Notes: a model not told the origin generated them from the sequence alone. A stretch of 64,000 bases of DNA from a virus (IMGVR_UViG_3300007517_000007:7285-71284); one strand, 5' to 3'. Positions 9,948 through 19,631 are shown, numbered from the stretch's first letter. Program-made: numbers and translations.

Positions 9948-11265
9948 CTTCGGCGTCGAGTTCCTCGCTGGTCATCAGCACCTCACGGGCCTTGTTCCCG
10001 GATGCCGGGCCGACGACGCCTTGCTGTTCGAGTGCGTCCATGATCGCACCTGCCTTTGCGAACCCGACCATCAGCTTGCGTTGAATCATCGACGTCGAAC
10101 CCAACTGAGAGGTCACGACCAACACCTTCGCCTGACGCACCAGCGTGTCGAACTCGGCGATCGAGTCGCCCTGCGCGTTCGCGCTGAGCGGGTCGTCGCC
10201 TTCGTTGATCACCGGTTCGTGCTGGCGGTAGTCGCCGAGATCCGCCGACGTCTTGTAGGCGGGTGCGATGTCGTGCTTGCCGGTGTCGGCGTCGGCGTCT
10301 TCGCCGATCACGCCGTCCTCAGCGAGCTGCCCGAGGATGGTCTCGGCGTGGTCTTCGGTGATGTCGAGAGCGGCCGCTACGGACTTGACGGTGGCGTACC
10401 CGGCGTCGACGACGAACTCGGCGGCGCGTCGGACCTGCGCGTCGATGGCGTCAGCGAGGATCGCCGCGGTGTTGTCGTCGGTGACTTCGGTGCGGAGCAG
10501 TTCCGTGTACCAGTCGTCGAGGTGTTCGGAGAACTCGCGCATCTCACCTTCGACGTCGGCTTCCTCAGACTGCGGGACTTCTTCACCGGCGTTGCCTGTC
10601 GGCATGACGAGACCGGTGACGTTCACGTCGGACGGGCCTTCGATGCGGATGCGGGCGACGCCGACCGATCCGCCCAGATCGAAACGGATCACGGCCTTGT
10701 CCCACAGCCCGGACAGCTTCCCGAGTCGGAGGATGCCGTTCGCGCCGAACCCGATCGTGGCTGCCGGGGCCCACTTGTGACCCTGCCACAACGGCCGCCA
10801 GTTCGGGAACACCCCCTCGAAGATGGGGGTCTCGATGGACTCGTCGTACTTCTCGACGATCCGGAAATGCACCGTCGACGCAGCCAACCCTTCGAGAGTG
10901 TTGTGGTCGGAGCCGTCCTGTTCGCCGACAGCGAACTCCATCGTGGTTCGGGTGTCGTGGCCGTCGGCTTTCGTGAGTTGCTGCGCGTACTTCATGAGGC
11001 CGAGCACCCGATGGTCGAGGTCACGGCAGATCGCGACGTCGTCGGGGAGTTCCTCGATCAACGGTTCGGGGGCGTCGTCGTTGTCGGTGTTCGGCACCCA
11101 CGCTTTCAGCAGAACGAACGTGTCGGTCGACAGCAACCGGATGCCGGTCTCGAACGTCTCGATCAGGGTGGTGCGGTACAGCACGGGGCGGCCGTCGTCT
11201 TCCGACTGCGCGAGAGCCACCGAGGCCCATGAGCGTGCAAGGTTCCAGGCGTTGAATTGGATCAT
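9931..11265 (-). CDS. Beta-clamp-like domain fused to tandem FtsK-gamma winged helices
   Basis: DDGRPVL...STDTFVL...EGVFPNWR (clamp-like); [31 protein letters not shown] (FtsK gamma). Confidence 0.7.
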   Translation of the reverse strand: MIQFNAWNLARSWASVALAQSEDDGRPVLYRTTLIETFETGIRLLSTDTFVLLKAWVPNTDNDDAPEPLIEELPDDVAICRDLDHRVLGLMKYAQQLTKADGHDTRTTMEFAVGEQDGSDHNTLEGLAASTVHFRIVEKYDESIETPIFEGVFPNWRPLWQGHKWAPAATIGFGANGILRLGKLSGLWDKAVIRFDLGGSVGVARIRIEGPSDVNVTGLVMPTGNAGEEVPQSEEADVEGEMREFSEHLDDWYTELLRTEVTDDNTAAILADAIDAQVRRAAEFVVDAGYATVKSVAAALDITEDHAETILGQLAEDGVIGEDADADTGKHDIAPAYKTSADLGDYRQHEPVINEGDDPLSANAQGDSIAEFDTLVRQAKVLVVTSQLGSTSMIQRKLMVGFAKAGAIMDALEQQGVVGPASGNKAREVLMTSEELDAEDGGGT

Positions 11266-11299
11266 GCGTCGGACCGTACCAGGTCATGCGACACCTAAG

Positions 11300-11428
11300 T
11301 TCGGGGCTGCCCCAGCACGTCTGCTGGGGCGGCCCCTACGATCGAGGACGCTTCCTCCAGTGAATCCCGGATCGGAACCGGTCCGTCCGGGTGGGGCCTA
11401 GTTTCGCGATACCACAACCCTCAATCGC
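11300..11428 (-). ncRNA. Candidate structured small RNA
   Basis: Own promoter at 11435-11455, no ORF, four stem-loops including the 15-bp stem at 11303-11336. Confidence 0.45.
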
Positions 11429-11457
11429 AAGAGCACTGTATCACGCCGTGCGACACA

Positions 11458-11667
11458 TCAGCGAGGCGGGCGGGTAATACCGCGTCGGATCTCGGCGAGC
11501 TGCGTCGAGATCCGACGGATGCGTTCGTCGTCGTGATCGGCGCACCAGTGCTTGCCCCACGGTGTACCGGCCGGTTCGTCACACCCGGCCGTCAGGCATA
11601 CCCTCTTTGTGTTGGCGTACGAACGGCGATCGTCGGCGCTCAACGCCTCCCATTCCTCGCGTCTCAT
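11458..11667 (-). CDS. Small zinc-finger-like protein
   Basis: CLTAGC...WCADH; coupled to the uORF at 11664-11687. Confidence 0.5.
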   Translation of the reverse strand: MRREEWEALSADDRRSYANTKRVCLTAGCDEPAGTPWGKHWCADHDDERIRRISTQLAEIRRGITRPPR

Positions 11668-11737
11668 CGGGCATCGCCGTGTTTCATGTGGAACATCGTC
11701 TCATACGGTGCGACACTCTGCTGCTACGGTGCATCCG

Positions 11738-12439
11738 ATGACGGCGAAGGCACCGCTCCCGGAGCAGGAGTGCGCGGGTTGCGGTGTGATGTTCGTACCG
11801 AAAACGAAGCGGCAACGGTTCCATACACCGAAGTGTCGGACGGTCACGAAGGCCGCAGCGAAAGCGAAAGCCGACGCCGAGCCGACGCCGCAAGCGAAAG
11901 TGATCCAGTGGGCGACGGCGCACGGCGCGCCGGTCCGCATGCTGATCGGGTGGGATCCTGCGAGCGGTGAGTGGGCCGACGGTTCGCCGATCGGGGACGT
12001 CCTCGCTGACATCGCTCGCGGGTCGCACCTGGTTATCACTGGCAGACGTCACGGGTTCCACGACATGACCTCGTTGTTGCTGCGTGGCGCAGAGTACGCG
12101 AACGCCTCGGAGGATCGCGCTCACATCCCGATCGAGGTGCTGCCTCTCGTTGACCTGTTCAGCCTCGTGAACTACCACGAGTCCGGAGCGGAGATCGAAC
12201 TGTCGAACACCGTGTACGACGAAGCGTTGAAGAACGGCAAACTCGGTCTCGACTTCCTCGGTCGGCGCTGGCCTGCGCGTTGGCGTGAGCAGCAAGCCAT
12301 CTCGTCGATCGACGAAGACGACATTCGCGAACAAGCCGTGACGGCGCTCATCGAAGACCCGGCCACCGCGATTCAGTTGGCGGCGATGGCTGCGAAGATC
12401 GAAGACGACATCGAGGCCAACGAACGCTCCAACGCCTAA
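11738..12439 (+). CDS. Probable terminase small subunit with N-terminal zinc ribbon
   Basis: Directly upstream of terL; FLGRRWPARW motif; ATG 7 nt after TACGGT. Confidence 0.6.
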   Translation: MTAKAPLPEQECAGCGVMFVPKTKRQRFHTPKCRTVTKAAAKAKADAEPTPQAKVIQWATAHGAPVRMLIGWDPASGEWADGSPIGDVLADIARGSHLVITGRRHGFHDMTSLLLRGAEYANASEDRAHIPIEVLPLVDLFSLVNYHESGAEIELSNTVYDEALKNGKLGLDFLGRRWPARWREQQAISSIDEDDIREQAVTALIEDPATAIQLAAMAAKIEDDIEANERSNA

Positions 12440-12445
12440 CCGGCA

Positions 12446-13987
12446 ATGGCAACACAGCACGATCTCGCTCAGCGGGCCTGGAAGGCCATGCCGCACACGA
12501 TGGGCCGACGCCTGTCGGAACGGACGTACAAGGCACCACAGCACGTCCAGTTCATCTCCTGGCTGCTGTACCTGTCCGCCACGTTGAAGAACCGGCGGCC
12601 GATCGTCCCACGGTTGGGGATCAGCTTGCCGCCTGGTTCGGGCAAGTCGGAGATCGTCGACTTCTACAACCCGATCTGGCTGCTGGAGCACGACGCGCGT
12701 CGCCGGATCATTCTGGCGTCCTACGCCGGGACGCTCGCTGAGGAGCAAGGCAAACGGGTCCGCAACCAGATCGAGATGGCACAGGACGTCCTGACGTGCC
12801 GGATCATGCAGGACTCGCGTGCCGCCGACCGGTGGCGGACGAGCAAGAACGGTGGCATGTGGACCGTCGGTGTCGGCGGTTCGATCACCGGTCGTCGCGC
12901 GTCGAACTTCCTCATAGACGACCCCCATAAGAACTTCGCTGAGGCCACGTCGGAGAAAAACCAGTTGGACGTGTGGAACTGGTACACGTCGACGGCGCGC
13001 ACCCGTCTGCTTCCCGGGTCGGCGTTGATGGTGATCCAGACCCGGTGGGCGGAGATGGATCTGATCGGCCGGTTGCGGGCCCAGGACGAAGCGAAGAACC
13101 AGTGGTTGTTCGTGAAGCTGCCTGCGATCGCTGAGGAGAACGAGTCGACAAGGTCGGTGCTCGGCGATTTCTGGTGCGACCGGTTGGAGTCGATGGGTGT
13201 GCCGTTGTTCGAGTGGCGGCGCGGGGAAGGCGAGGCGCTCTGGCCGGAGTTGGAGCCGGGTGTTCCCTGGTTCGACGTCGAGGAGTACGAACAGATCCGC
13301 CATGAGGTCGGCGAGATGGTGTGGGCTGGGCTGTACCAGCAACGCCCGGCACCGCTCGAAGGCGAGATGTTCAAGCGGTCCGATTGGGTTCGGGTGGACG
13401 CGATGCCCGCCGGGCCGCACACGATGGTGCGGCGATGGGACTTGGCGGCGTCGGTCAAGGGTGACTGGACCGCGACCTGCCTCATGGCGTACCACCACGC
13501 CACCCGCATGCCGTACATCCTGGAGATGAACCGGGACCGGCTGACTGCGCCGGAAGTGAAGGCCTTTGTTCGCGACACCGCCGAGTACGACCGGGAACGG
13601 TTCGGGGATGTCGTGCACATCCGGATCGAACGTGAACCGGGCTCGTCCGGCAAGAACGTCGAGTCGGACTACCTGCTCGAAGTGCTGCCCGATTTCAACT
13701 CGGTGAAGTTCCTGTCGTCGTCGGGTGACAAGACGGTCCGGGCGTACCCGTTGTCGTCGCAGCAAGGCTCCATGCACGTCCACATCTGCCGTCGCGACGT
13801 CGGCGGGACGTTCGAGACACCGAACTGGTGGCAATGGCTGATCGAGGAAGCAGCAGCGTTCCCGAACGCGAAGCATGACGACCTCGTCGACGTCGCCTCG
13901 TTGGCATGGGTGGACCTCGTCGAGCTGGTACCGCGGTCAGGACGCGCCCGGGCGAAGACGACCGCTCGACGCCAGCTCGGGTTCTAG
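12446..13987 (+). CDS. terL: Terminase large subunit
   Basis: PPGSGKS, LIDDPHK, TRWAEMDL, LYQQRP, WDLA, FPNAKHDDLVD. Confidence 0.95.
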   Translation: MATQHDLAQRAWKAMPHTMGRRLSERTYKAPQHVQFISWLLYLSATLKNRRPIVPRLGISLPPGSGKSEIVDFYNPIWLLEHDARRRIILASYAGTLAEEQGKRVRNQIEMAQDVLTCRIMQDSRAADRWRTSKNGGMWTVGVGGSITGRRASNFLIDDPHKNFAEATSEKNQLDVWNWYTSTARTRLLPGSALMVIQTRWAEMDLIGRLRAQDEAKNQWLFVKLPAIAEENESTRSVLGDFWCDRLESMGVPLFEWRRGEGEALWPELEPGVPWFDVEEYEQIRHEVGEMVWAGLYQQRPAPLEGEMFKRSDWVRVDAMPAGPHTMVRRWDLAASVKGDWTATCLMAYHHATRMPYILEMNRDRLTAPEVKAFVRDTAEYDRERFGDVVHIRIEREPGSSGKNVESDYLLEVLPDFNSVKFLSSSGDKTVRAYPLSSQQGSMHVHICRRDVGGTFETPNWWQWLIEEAAAFPNAKHDDLVDVASLAWVDLVELVPRSGRARAKTTARRQLGF

Positions 13988-14220
13988 TCGACGGACTTGA
14001 AAGCGCGTGGCGTGGTCACTGCGACGATGCCGGTGTCGGCGAACACGTCGTTGATGTCGTACTCCGGTGAGATGCCGTTCGCTTTCATCTCGGCGATCTC
14101 CACGACCAGCTTGTCGAACGTGGCCGTCTCGTGGGCGGTCATCCTGCCCGGCGGGCGTTTCCCAGCGATGGCTGCCCCGTAGAGCACCTTCATTCGATTG
14201 TCTCCGATTGGTTTCCTCAT
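13984..14220 (-). CDS. Nested in-frame leaderless 78-aa peptide (candidate antitoxin)
   Basis: Promoter TGTCGC-N9-TACAAT at 14228-14248; ATG exactly 7 nt downstream and in frame with the kinase. Confidence 0.6.
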   Translation of the reverse strand: MRKPIGDNRMKVLYGAAIAGKRPPGRMTAHETATFDKLVVEIAEMKANGISPEYDINDVFADTGIVAVTTPRAFKSVD

Positions 14221-15309
14221 ACTTGACATTGTACCACCTTGTGCGACACCTGCGGCGGCTGCGAGGGCTTCATCTTGCAGGAACGACAGCGTCAACGTGG
14301 TCGGGATCGAAGGGACGCGCCCGAGGTACTTTTCCCAGGCAGCCCGGTCGTGCACGACGAGGTTGCCTTGACCGTCAGCGACCGCCGTCAGTACGGGAGC
14401 CTGTTTCACCCCGTTCAACTTCGGGAGGGTGGTGACCAACTGTGACCGGGCGGTTGTCTGTGAGGCGACGTCGAGGAACGCAGCATTCGCGCCGACGTGC
14501 CCGTCGCGCAGCACGGATTCCGGGACGCCGCGACCCGTCGTTTTCTGGCGCTCCAGAGCGCCTGCGACGGCCTGATCTATCTCGGTGGTGACGTACGCAA
14601 CCTCGACTTCGTATCCTTCGCGTTGCAGGCGTTGGATCTCTTTGACGGCTTTCGGCCCGTCCTTGGACGTCTTGTCCATCAGGATGTTGGTCCCTCGTTC
14701 CAAGGCACCGGTGGTCAGCCGTTTCGCGAGGAACGAGGACTCCTCGTGAGCGATCGACGCCCACGCACCCGGATGGTCGTTGGCGAGCCCGTTGCCTTGT
14801 TTGCCTTCGTTTGACGGACCGGTGGTTTCCGGCAGGACCACCTTGAACTCGTCCGGGTTGATCGTCAGGGCACCTTCGGGTACGTCGATGAAACCCGCCT
14901 CGATTGCCGACGACTTGCCCGACGCTGCGCCGCCACCCATGACCACAGCTTTCTTGTTCGTCGACCGTGGGAACGGCTTGCCAGTTTTCTTGTCGGTCAT
15001 GGCCGTGGCGATGATGTCGTCATGGACTGCTTGACGGGCCGGGGTCAGCTTGCCGTCACTGCCGATGTGAGGCAGCAGCGTCGACTCGATCTCGTCGGTT
15101 TCTGGCACCGGGTCGAAACCGGCTTGGAGTTCCGCTCTCGACGGCAACCGTTCGTTGGCCCCCAGCGATCGAAGCGCCCCGAGGACCGAACCGGAGTCGC
15201 CGACGATCTCACCGCCGGACGAACCGCCGCCACCCCAGCGGCCGCCACCGGCCGCACCAGCAGGCACACGAGGCTGATTCGGGTCGTAACGGAACTGGCG
15301 GACACTCAT
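13984..15309 (-). CDS. Tagged zeta-toxin-family P-loop kinase with C-terminal extension
   Basis: N-terminal FRYDPNQPRVPAG..GGRW tag; MGGGAASGKSS, INPDEFK, HEESS, ILMDKT, TGRGVP. Confidence 0.85.
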   Translation of the reverse strand: MSVRQFRYDPNQPRVPAGAAGGGRWGGGGSSGGEIVGDSGSVLGALRSLGANERLPSRAELQAGFDPVPETDEIESTLLPHIGSDGKLTPARQAVHDDIIATAMTDKKTGKPFPRSTNKKAVVMGGGAASGKSSAIEAGFIDVPEGALTINPDEFKVVLPETTGPSNEGKQGNGLANDHPGAWASIAHEESSFLAKRLTTGALERGTNILMDKTSKDGPKAVKEIQRLQREGYEVEVAYVTTEIDQAVAGALERQKTTGRGVPESVLRDGHVGANAAFLDVASQTTARSQLVTTLPKLNGVKQAPVLTAVADGQGNLVVHDRAAWEKYLGRVPSIPTTLTLSFLQDEALAAAAGVAQGGTMSSMRKPIGDNRMKVLYGAAIAGKRPPGRMTAHETATFDKLVVEIAEMKANGISPEYDINDVFADTGIVAVTTPRAFKSVD

Positions 15310-15334
15310 GGTCGGATCCTATTGCAGCGGCCGG

Positions 15335-15682
15335 TTACAGCAGTGACTGCTCGGGTGAGGCCCGGCCGAACGACAGTGTTGCGACGGCGCGTGGCCAGTC
15401 TGCGGGCATGCGCCAGATGTCGACGTCGAGCCCGGACGCTGCCAGGGTCGCCAACCACTTTTTCTGGTCCTCCTCGACGACGGTCTTTGCCTCTTTGATC
15501 TCCCGGAAGATGGTGATCTTGCGTGCCGGGTGGGAGAACACGAAATCGGGCCACCCTTTGTGACCGGACAGGGCGGTGAGGTGACGGCCGTTGGCCTGCT
15601 GCACGGTTCGGTCGTGCTTCACCCGCCACCCGTGCTGCTTGGCGAGCGACTCCAGCTTCGGGTACCAATCAGTCTCGCGCAC
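15335..15682 (-). CDS. VRR-NUC/PD-(D/E)XK nuclease
   Basis: GWPDF...FREIK...QKKWL..L...VDIWR. Confidence 0.8.
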   Translation of the reverse strand: MRETDWYPKLESLAKQHGWRVKHDRTVQQANGRHLTALSGHKGWPDFVFSHPARKITIFREIKEAKTVVEEDQKKWLATLAASGLDVDIWRMPADWPRAVATLSFGRASPEQSLL

Positions 15683-15706
15683 GACGCTCCCGGGTCGACC
15701 GGCGTT

Positions 15707-16147
15707 TCATGGTCGGCGCGATGAGACCGGGTGCCGAGTCCAGCCGACCATCGGGCGGCCGACTGTCGGTTCATCGCCGGGCCGGTCACCGAGTTCGTCG
15801 GTCGGGACGTCAGCCCAACGGACCACGGGAGGGCCGAGACCTTCACCGGTGTCGGGATCCCAGTCGGCGAGAGTGTCGATCTTCAACGGTTGGAGGTCGA
15901 GCTGCACCCGGCCGGTGTCCATGTAGGTGTACGCCTCGCCGTCGAGGAGGACGATTTCCTGCTCGGTGCCGAAGTCGAGGACGAGATACCACTGCGACGG
16001 GAATCTGGCGTTGGGTTGCCATTCGAGGATGTCTTCGCGCCACACCTCAGCGGTTCGGATGGATCCTTCCGGGGATCGGAACGTCAGGTTGATGGCCGGG
16101 GACTGGATGCGTTCCGCCCGGGTTGGTTCGTGATGTCCGGGGAGCAT
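15707..16147 (-). CDS. Hypothetical protein, leaderless
   Basis: Promoter at 16154-16174, 6 nt before the ATG. Confidence 0.55.
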   Translation of the reverse strand: MLPGHHEPTRAERIQSPAINLTFRSPEGSIRTAEVWREDILEWQPNARFPSQWYLVLDFGTEQEIVLLDGEAYTYMDTGRVQLDLQPLKIDTLADWDPDTGEGLGPPVVRWADVPTDELGDRPGDEPTVGRPMVGWTRHPVSSRRP

Positions 16148-16175
16148 CCGGTCAGTGTGTCACATGGTGCGACAC

Positions 16176-16829
16176 TCAGCGTTGTGATGTCCAAGCCTCG
16201 ACGAGACGTTCGACGTGCGCCGCTGCGAGCACGGTTGGTTCGCCGAGATGTTCAACGGTGAGTTCCCAGCCGATCGGTTCGTCGTTGCGGCGGTACTCGG
16301 TAAGGGTCACGTCCAGCCCTGACCGGTACGCCCACTCGATGCCGTCGAACCACATGACGCAGGCGTCTTCGGACTCGAAACTGAGCCGGGCGCGCATGGC
16401 GTAGAGGTCGGTCGGGATGATCGACCGGCGTCGTCGGTAGTCGTCGGCGTCAGCGTTCAGTTCCCAACGGAGTGCTTCGAGGGCTTCGGTCTGGTCGGTG
16501 TCGTCGACGATGATCAGGTCGACGTTGTCGTCGACTGCGGCTTCGATGATGCCGCAGGCGTCGGCAGGTCCGCCGTCGAGCACGAGCGGGATGGCACGCG
16601 GCGAGTTGTACCAGATGCCGTCGATCATCAACACCGGGCACGCTGCGAGGGTGTCGCAGTCCCACACCCGCAGGTACGCGATGTCAACGGTGAGGTGCGG
16701 CAGCAGGTGAGCGACGCGTCGACGTGACTGTTCGGACCATTCCCACCGGTGGTACACCGACGGTGCGCGCAGGGTCATCGACGCCCACTCGTATCGGTCG
16801 CTCACGAAGCGGACGGCTTCCACCTTCAT
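16176..16829 (-). CDS. Hypothetical protein
   Basis: MKVEAVRF start; protein-like composition. Confidence 0.55.
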   Translation of the reverse strand: MKVEAVRFVSDRYEWASMTLRAPSVYHRWEWSEQSRRRVAHLLPHLTVDIAYLRVWDCDTLAACPVLMIDGIWYNSPRAIPLVLDGGPADACGIIEAAVDDNVDLIIVDDTDQTEALEALRWELNADADDYRRRRSIIPTDLYAMRARLSFESEDACVMWFDGIEWAYRSGLDVTLTEYRRNDEPIGWELTVEHLGEPTVLAAAHVERLVEAWTSQR

Positions 16830-16851
16830 TGACCGAAAGTGTGCCACAGAC

Positions 16852-16949
16852 GCGCAACGGCCGAGACTCCCCTGGAGGAATCTCGGCCTGCGCCACCGGC
16901 CGGGCAATGGTCGGATCGCCGTAACCGGTGGACCGGAAGGAACCGGACT
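16852..16949 (-). ncRNA. Candidate small RNA or structured leader
   Basis: Promoter at 16956-16976; ends in the long hairpin 16852-16893. Confidence 0.35.
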
Positions 16950-17253
16950 AAGCCCACTGTACCCGATGGTGCGACACAGACCTACCCGGCCTGCGACAGC
17001 GGAGGCACAGCTCGCAGGTGCCGGGACGCGCGCGCTTGTCTGAGCTGGAGCGGTGTCTGCCCGGACGCCGCCAGGATGTTGTCGACGAGAGATCGCGCAC
17101 CGGGCTTCGCAGCGAACCAGGGTCGAGCGTCGGCAACATCGACGACAGGGCATCCCTGCTGCAATAGCCACGGCGCAACGCCGATAGCACGCAGCGTCGA
17201 CGCTCCCTGCGGGCATGCCATCGCGTGGTGTCTTCCAGCACAGAGCGCACAGA

Positions 17254-17601
17254 TCATGCTGGTGACTGGGCTTCCTTGATCGCCCAGGTCGGCAGATCAC
17301 CCAGAGGTACGGTCTGCCCGGCAAGCGAGTGTGTGCAGTCGCTGAGGAACTCGAACACACCGGCACGCAGGAACGAGTGGCACACGGTGTCGTCGGTGCG
17401 GGTGAGGATCGACGGTGAAAGCGTCGGCGCGTCGAGGTTGCCGTCCCATTCCCACGAAGGTGTCTTGACCGCCGAGTTGACCGGCAGCATGTGGATGCCG
17501 TCGCCGCCGCGTTCGGCGCACCCAGGGCAGCAGAACATCAACGCCTCGTAGTGCACGCCGTGATCGGCGACGAAACGGATACACGACTTCGGGTTGATCA
17601 T
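17254..17601 (-). CDS. DUF6527-like protein
   Basis: CPGC...H...WEWDGNLDAPTLSPSI...CHSF...FLSDCTHSLAG. Confidence 0.7.
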   Translation of the reverse strand: MINPKSCIRFVADHGVHYEALMFCCPGCAERGGDGIHMLPVNSAVKTPSWEWDGNLDAPTLSPSILTRTDDTVCHSFLRAGVFEFLSDCTHSLAGQTVPLGDLPTWAIKEAQSPA

Positions 17602-18623
17602 GTGGTTCTCCAGACGCACTCGGTGCCGATGTCCTCGATCGCGCCGGTCTCGACGCCCTGGCATCGCTCGACGCACGGATCCGGGACGCCGCAGAGTACA
17701 CACGGGTGACGGGCTTCGCGTGGCGCAGCTGTCTCAACGTCGAAGTCGAGGTAGTCGCCGCGTCGCAGCCACGTCGACGGGTGCGGGATGTACCGCTGCC
17801 ACTGGTCGTCACCCTGGTGCTCGCGCCGTGTCCGTTCTGCGATGTCGGCCGACGCACCGACGAGGACGTCGACGTTCGGGAGATGCCCGAGCATCACACG
17901 CCACGCAGTGACAGCGTCCAGCTTCGCGAGTTTCCGCGGCCATGACTTCCACCACTCGTCGAAGTCGTCGACGCGTTCGAGCGGTGTGAGCGGTTCGGGT
18001 GGCTGAGATCGACGCGCCTTGCGGCCCCCGCTCTTTGCGGGGGTTTGGGGGTTTTCTCTCTGTTGTTCTCTCTGTTCTTCTATGTGGTCGTGTGACGACC
18101 GGTTACTGGTCGTGTGACGACCAGTAACTGGTCGTGTGACGACTGGTCGTGTGGCGACCAGTGGAGAACCTGTGGGGATTGTGGATATGTCAGACGGGGT
18201 TTCCCACACGGCGAAATCGAACTCGATCACCCACCGCTTGCCCGGTTCGTCGCGACTCAGAACGACCATGCCAACGGCGACGAGATGGGCGATGGCCTTC
18301 GACACGGTCGACGCCGCGATCCCTGTCCGCTCGGCGATCATGTTGCGCGACACGTACGCCTCGCGCCAGTTGTCGGCGTGTGAGGCCAACCACCCGGCGA
18401 CGCGTAGCTCGAACGGGTTGAGTGTCTGATCCTCCCACCGCCAGTTCGGGACGACGGTGTGTCCCTGCCGTTTGTTCTTCGATCGGATCCCGGTCACGAT
18501 CGGGTTTGCACGTCTGGAGCACACGCGTGTAGTTTCATTTCCACTTCCTGTTTGGAGACGGGTTCGGATTGAACGGGGCACGATTGACGTCGTGTCCCGT
18601 TCACGTTTTCGGTCGCTTACCAT
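17598..18623 (-). CDS. Replication initiator (HTH plus DnaD-like C-terminus); true start probably nearer 18497
   Basis: SRNMIAERTGIAASTVSKAIAHL; FDEWWKSWPRK...YIPHPSTWL; internal iterons. Confidence 0.85.
   Translation of the reverse strand: MVSDRKRERDTTSIVPRSIRTRLQTGSGNETTRVCSRRANPIVTGIRSKNKRQGHTVVPNWRWEDQTLNPFELRVAGWLASHADNWREAYVSRNMIAERTGIAASTVSKAIAHLVAVGMVVLSRDEPGKRWVIEFDFAVWETPSDISTIPTGSPLVATRPVVTRPVTGRHTTSNRSSHDHIEEQREQQRENPQTPAKSGGRKARRSQPPEPLTPLERVDDFDEWWKSWPRKLAKLDAVTAWRVMLGHLPNVDVLVGASADIAERTRREHQGDDQWQRYIPHPSTWLRRGDYLDFDVETAAPREARHPCVLCGVPDPCVERCQGVETGAIEDIGTECVWRTT
18040..18159. repeat. Replication origin: four iterons plus a pyrimidine/T-rich tract
   Basis: TGGTCGTGTG(A/G)CGAC at 18085, 18107, 18129 and 18144, inside the initiator gene. 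Confidence 0.8.
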
Positions 18624-18688
18624 CCCACACGGAACGACATCCTCACAACTTCCGGTTTCGTTGTCCGACAGCGTGGTACGTTCGTGCG

Positions 18689-18883
18689 ATGGGAACCCGA
18701 CAGATTCACCCGAAGTGGGTAGAAATCGAAGCGATCACCATGCCCGACGGGAAGCGCGCGTCGATCATGCGGTTCCCGACATCCACCGACGAGCACGTCG
18801 AAATCGTCATGTCCCTCGCGACGCTCGGCAAGCTCACGGCCGAAGCCGACGCCATTCGCGAGACCGCAATGGCATGGGGATGA
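18689..18883 (+). CDS. Small hypothetical protein, leaderless
   Basis: Promoter TGTCCG-N9-TACGTT at 18662-18682. Confidence 0.55.
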   Translation: MGTRQIHPKWVEIEAITMPDGKRASIMRFPTSTDEHVEIVMSLATLGKLTAEADAIRETAMAWG

Positions 18884-19062
18884 CCGCCAGCCAGCGCTTC
18901 GGTAAGTGGCTCGTGTTCACGCGCCCTGACGGCCAATTCGACCATGCCCGCCACGACGACACGTCTGTCTTCATTGCGTGGACACTCGACGACTTCGTCG
19001 TGGCCGACCCGGATGCGGCCGCAGAGTACGATCTCCTCACCGAATCCGCTGACGCGCCATGA
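18880..19062 (+). CDS. Small hypothetical protein
   Basis: ATGA coupling to the upstream gene. Confidence 0.45.
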   Translation: MTASQRFGKWLVFTRPDGQFDHARHDDTSVFIAWTLDDFVVADPDAAAEYDLLTESADAP

Positions 19063-19166
19063 CCCACACGTTCCAGAGCATTATCGACATCGTGAGGCAG
19101 TCACCGGCGGGCCAGATCCAACCAGCGTCACCACCCAACCGTCAACTTTCACGAACGGAGACCAAC

Positions 19167-19631
19167 ATGATCATCCAAGTCCACGGGCAAAGCCAGGACA
19201 AGCCCACACTGATCGGTGAGCAGAACGGGGCCGACGCCATTCAGGTGTACGCCACCGGCCTCTACGAAGGTGTCGTGATGGGCGAGCTTCGATGGGTGAC
19301 CGGCACCGGCGTCGAGGCAGGCCTCGAATGCGGTGTCATCGTCGAAGTCGAGTCAATGACCGACGATTCGCGTGAACACGTCGACGCCGCCGCCGAGCAT
19401 GACCGGGCAGCAGCACAGGACCACATCACCGAACCTGTCTCCGGTGCCTTCGAGCAGCGCTCACCGCTGCCGGAAGTGACCGACGTCGACCGGTCCCTCG
19501 CTGGCATGTCGAAATCCGAACTCGCCGACATCGCCCGCACCGTCGAACTTCCCGGCCGGTCGGCGATGGACAAGTCGGAGCTGTACGAACACCTCCGCCA
19601 GCACCCCGAAGTCGGTGCTCACCTCACCTGA
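19167..19631 (+). CDS. Protein with a C-terminal Rho-N domain
   Basis: MSKSELADIARTVELPGRSAMDKSELYEHL; GGAG RBS. Confidence 0.7.
   Translation: MIIQVHGQSQDKPTLIGEQNGADAIQVYATGLYEGVVMGELRWVTGTGVEAGLECGVIVEVESMTDDSREHVDAAAEHDRAAAQDHITEPVSGAFEQRSPLPEVTDVDRSLAGMSKSELADIARTVELPGRSAMDKSELYEHLRQHPEVGAHLT

Noticed and set aside
11300-11428. tRNA
   Set aside because: No T-loop or D-loop consensus, acceptor stem or CCA; kept only as a generic ncRNA candidate.
11684-13876. 730-aa minus-strand ORF
   Set aside because: Antisense shadow of the terminase genes; a high-GC artefact with no motifs.
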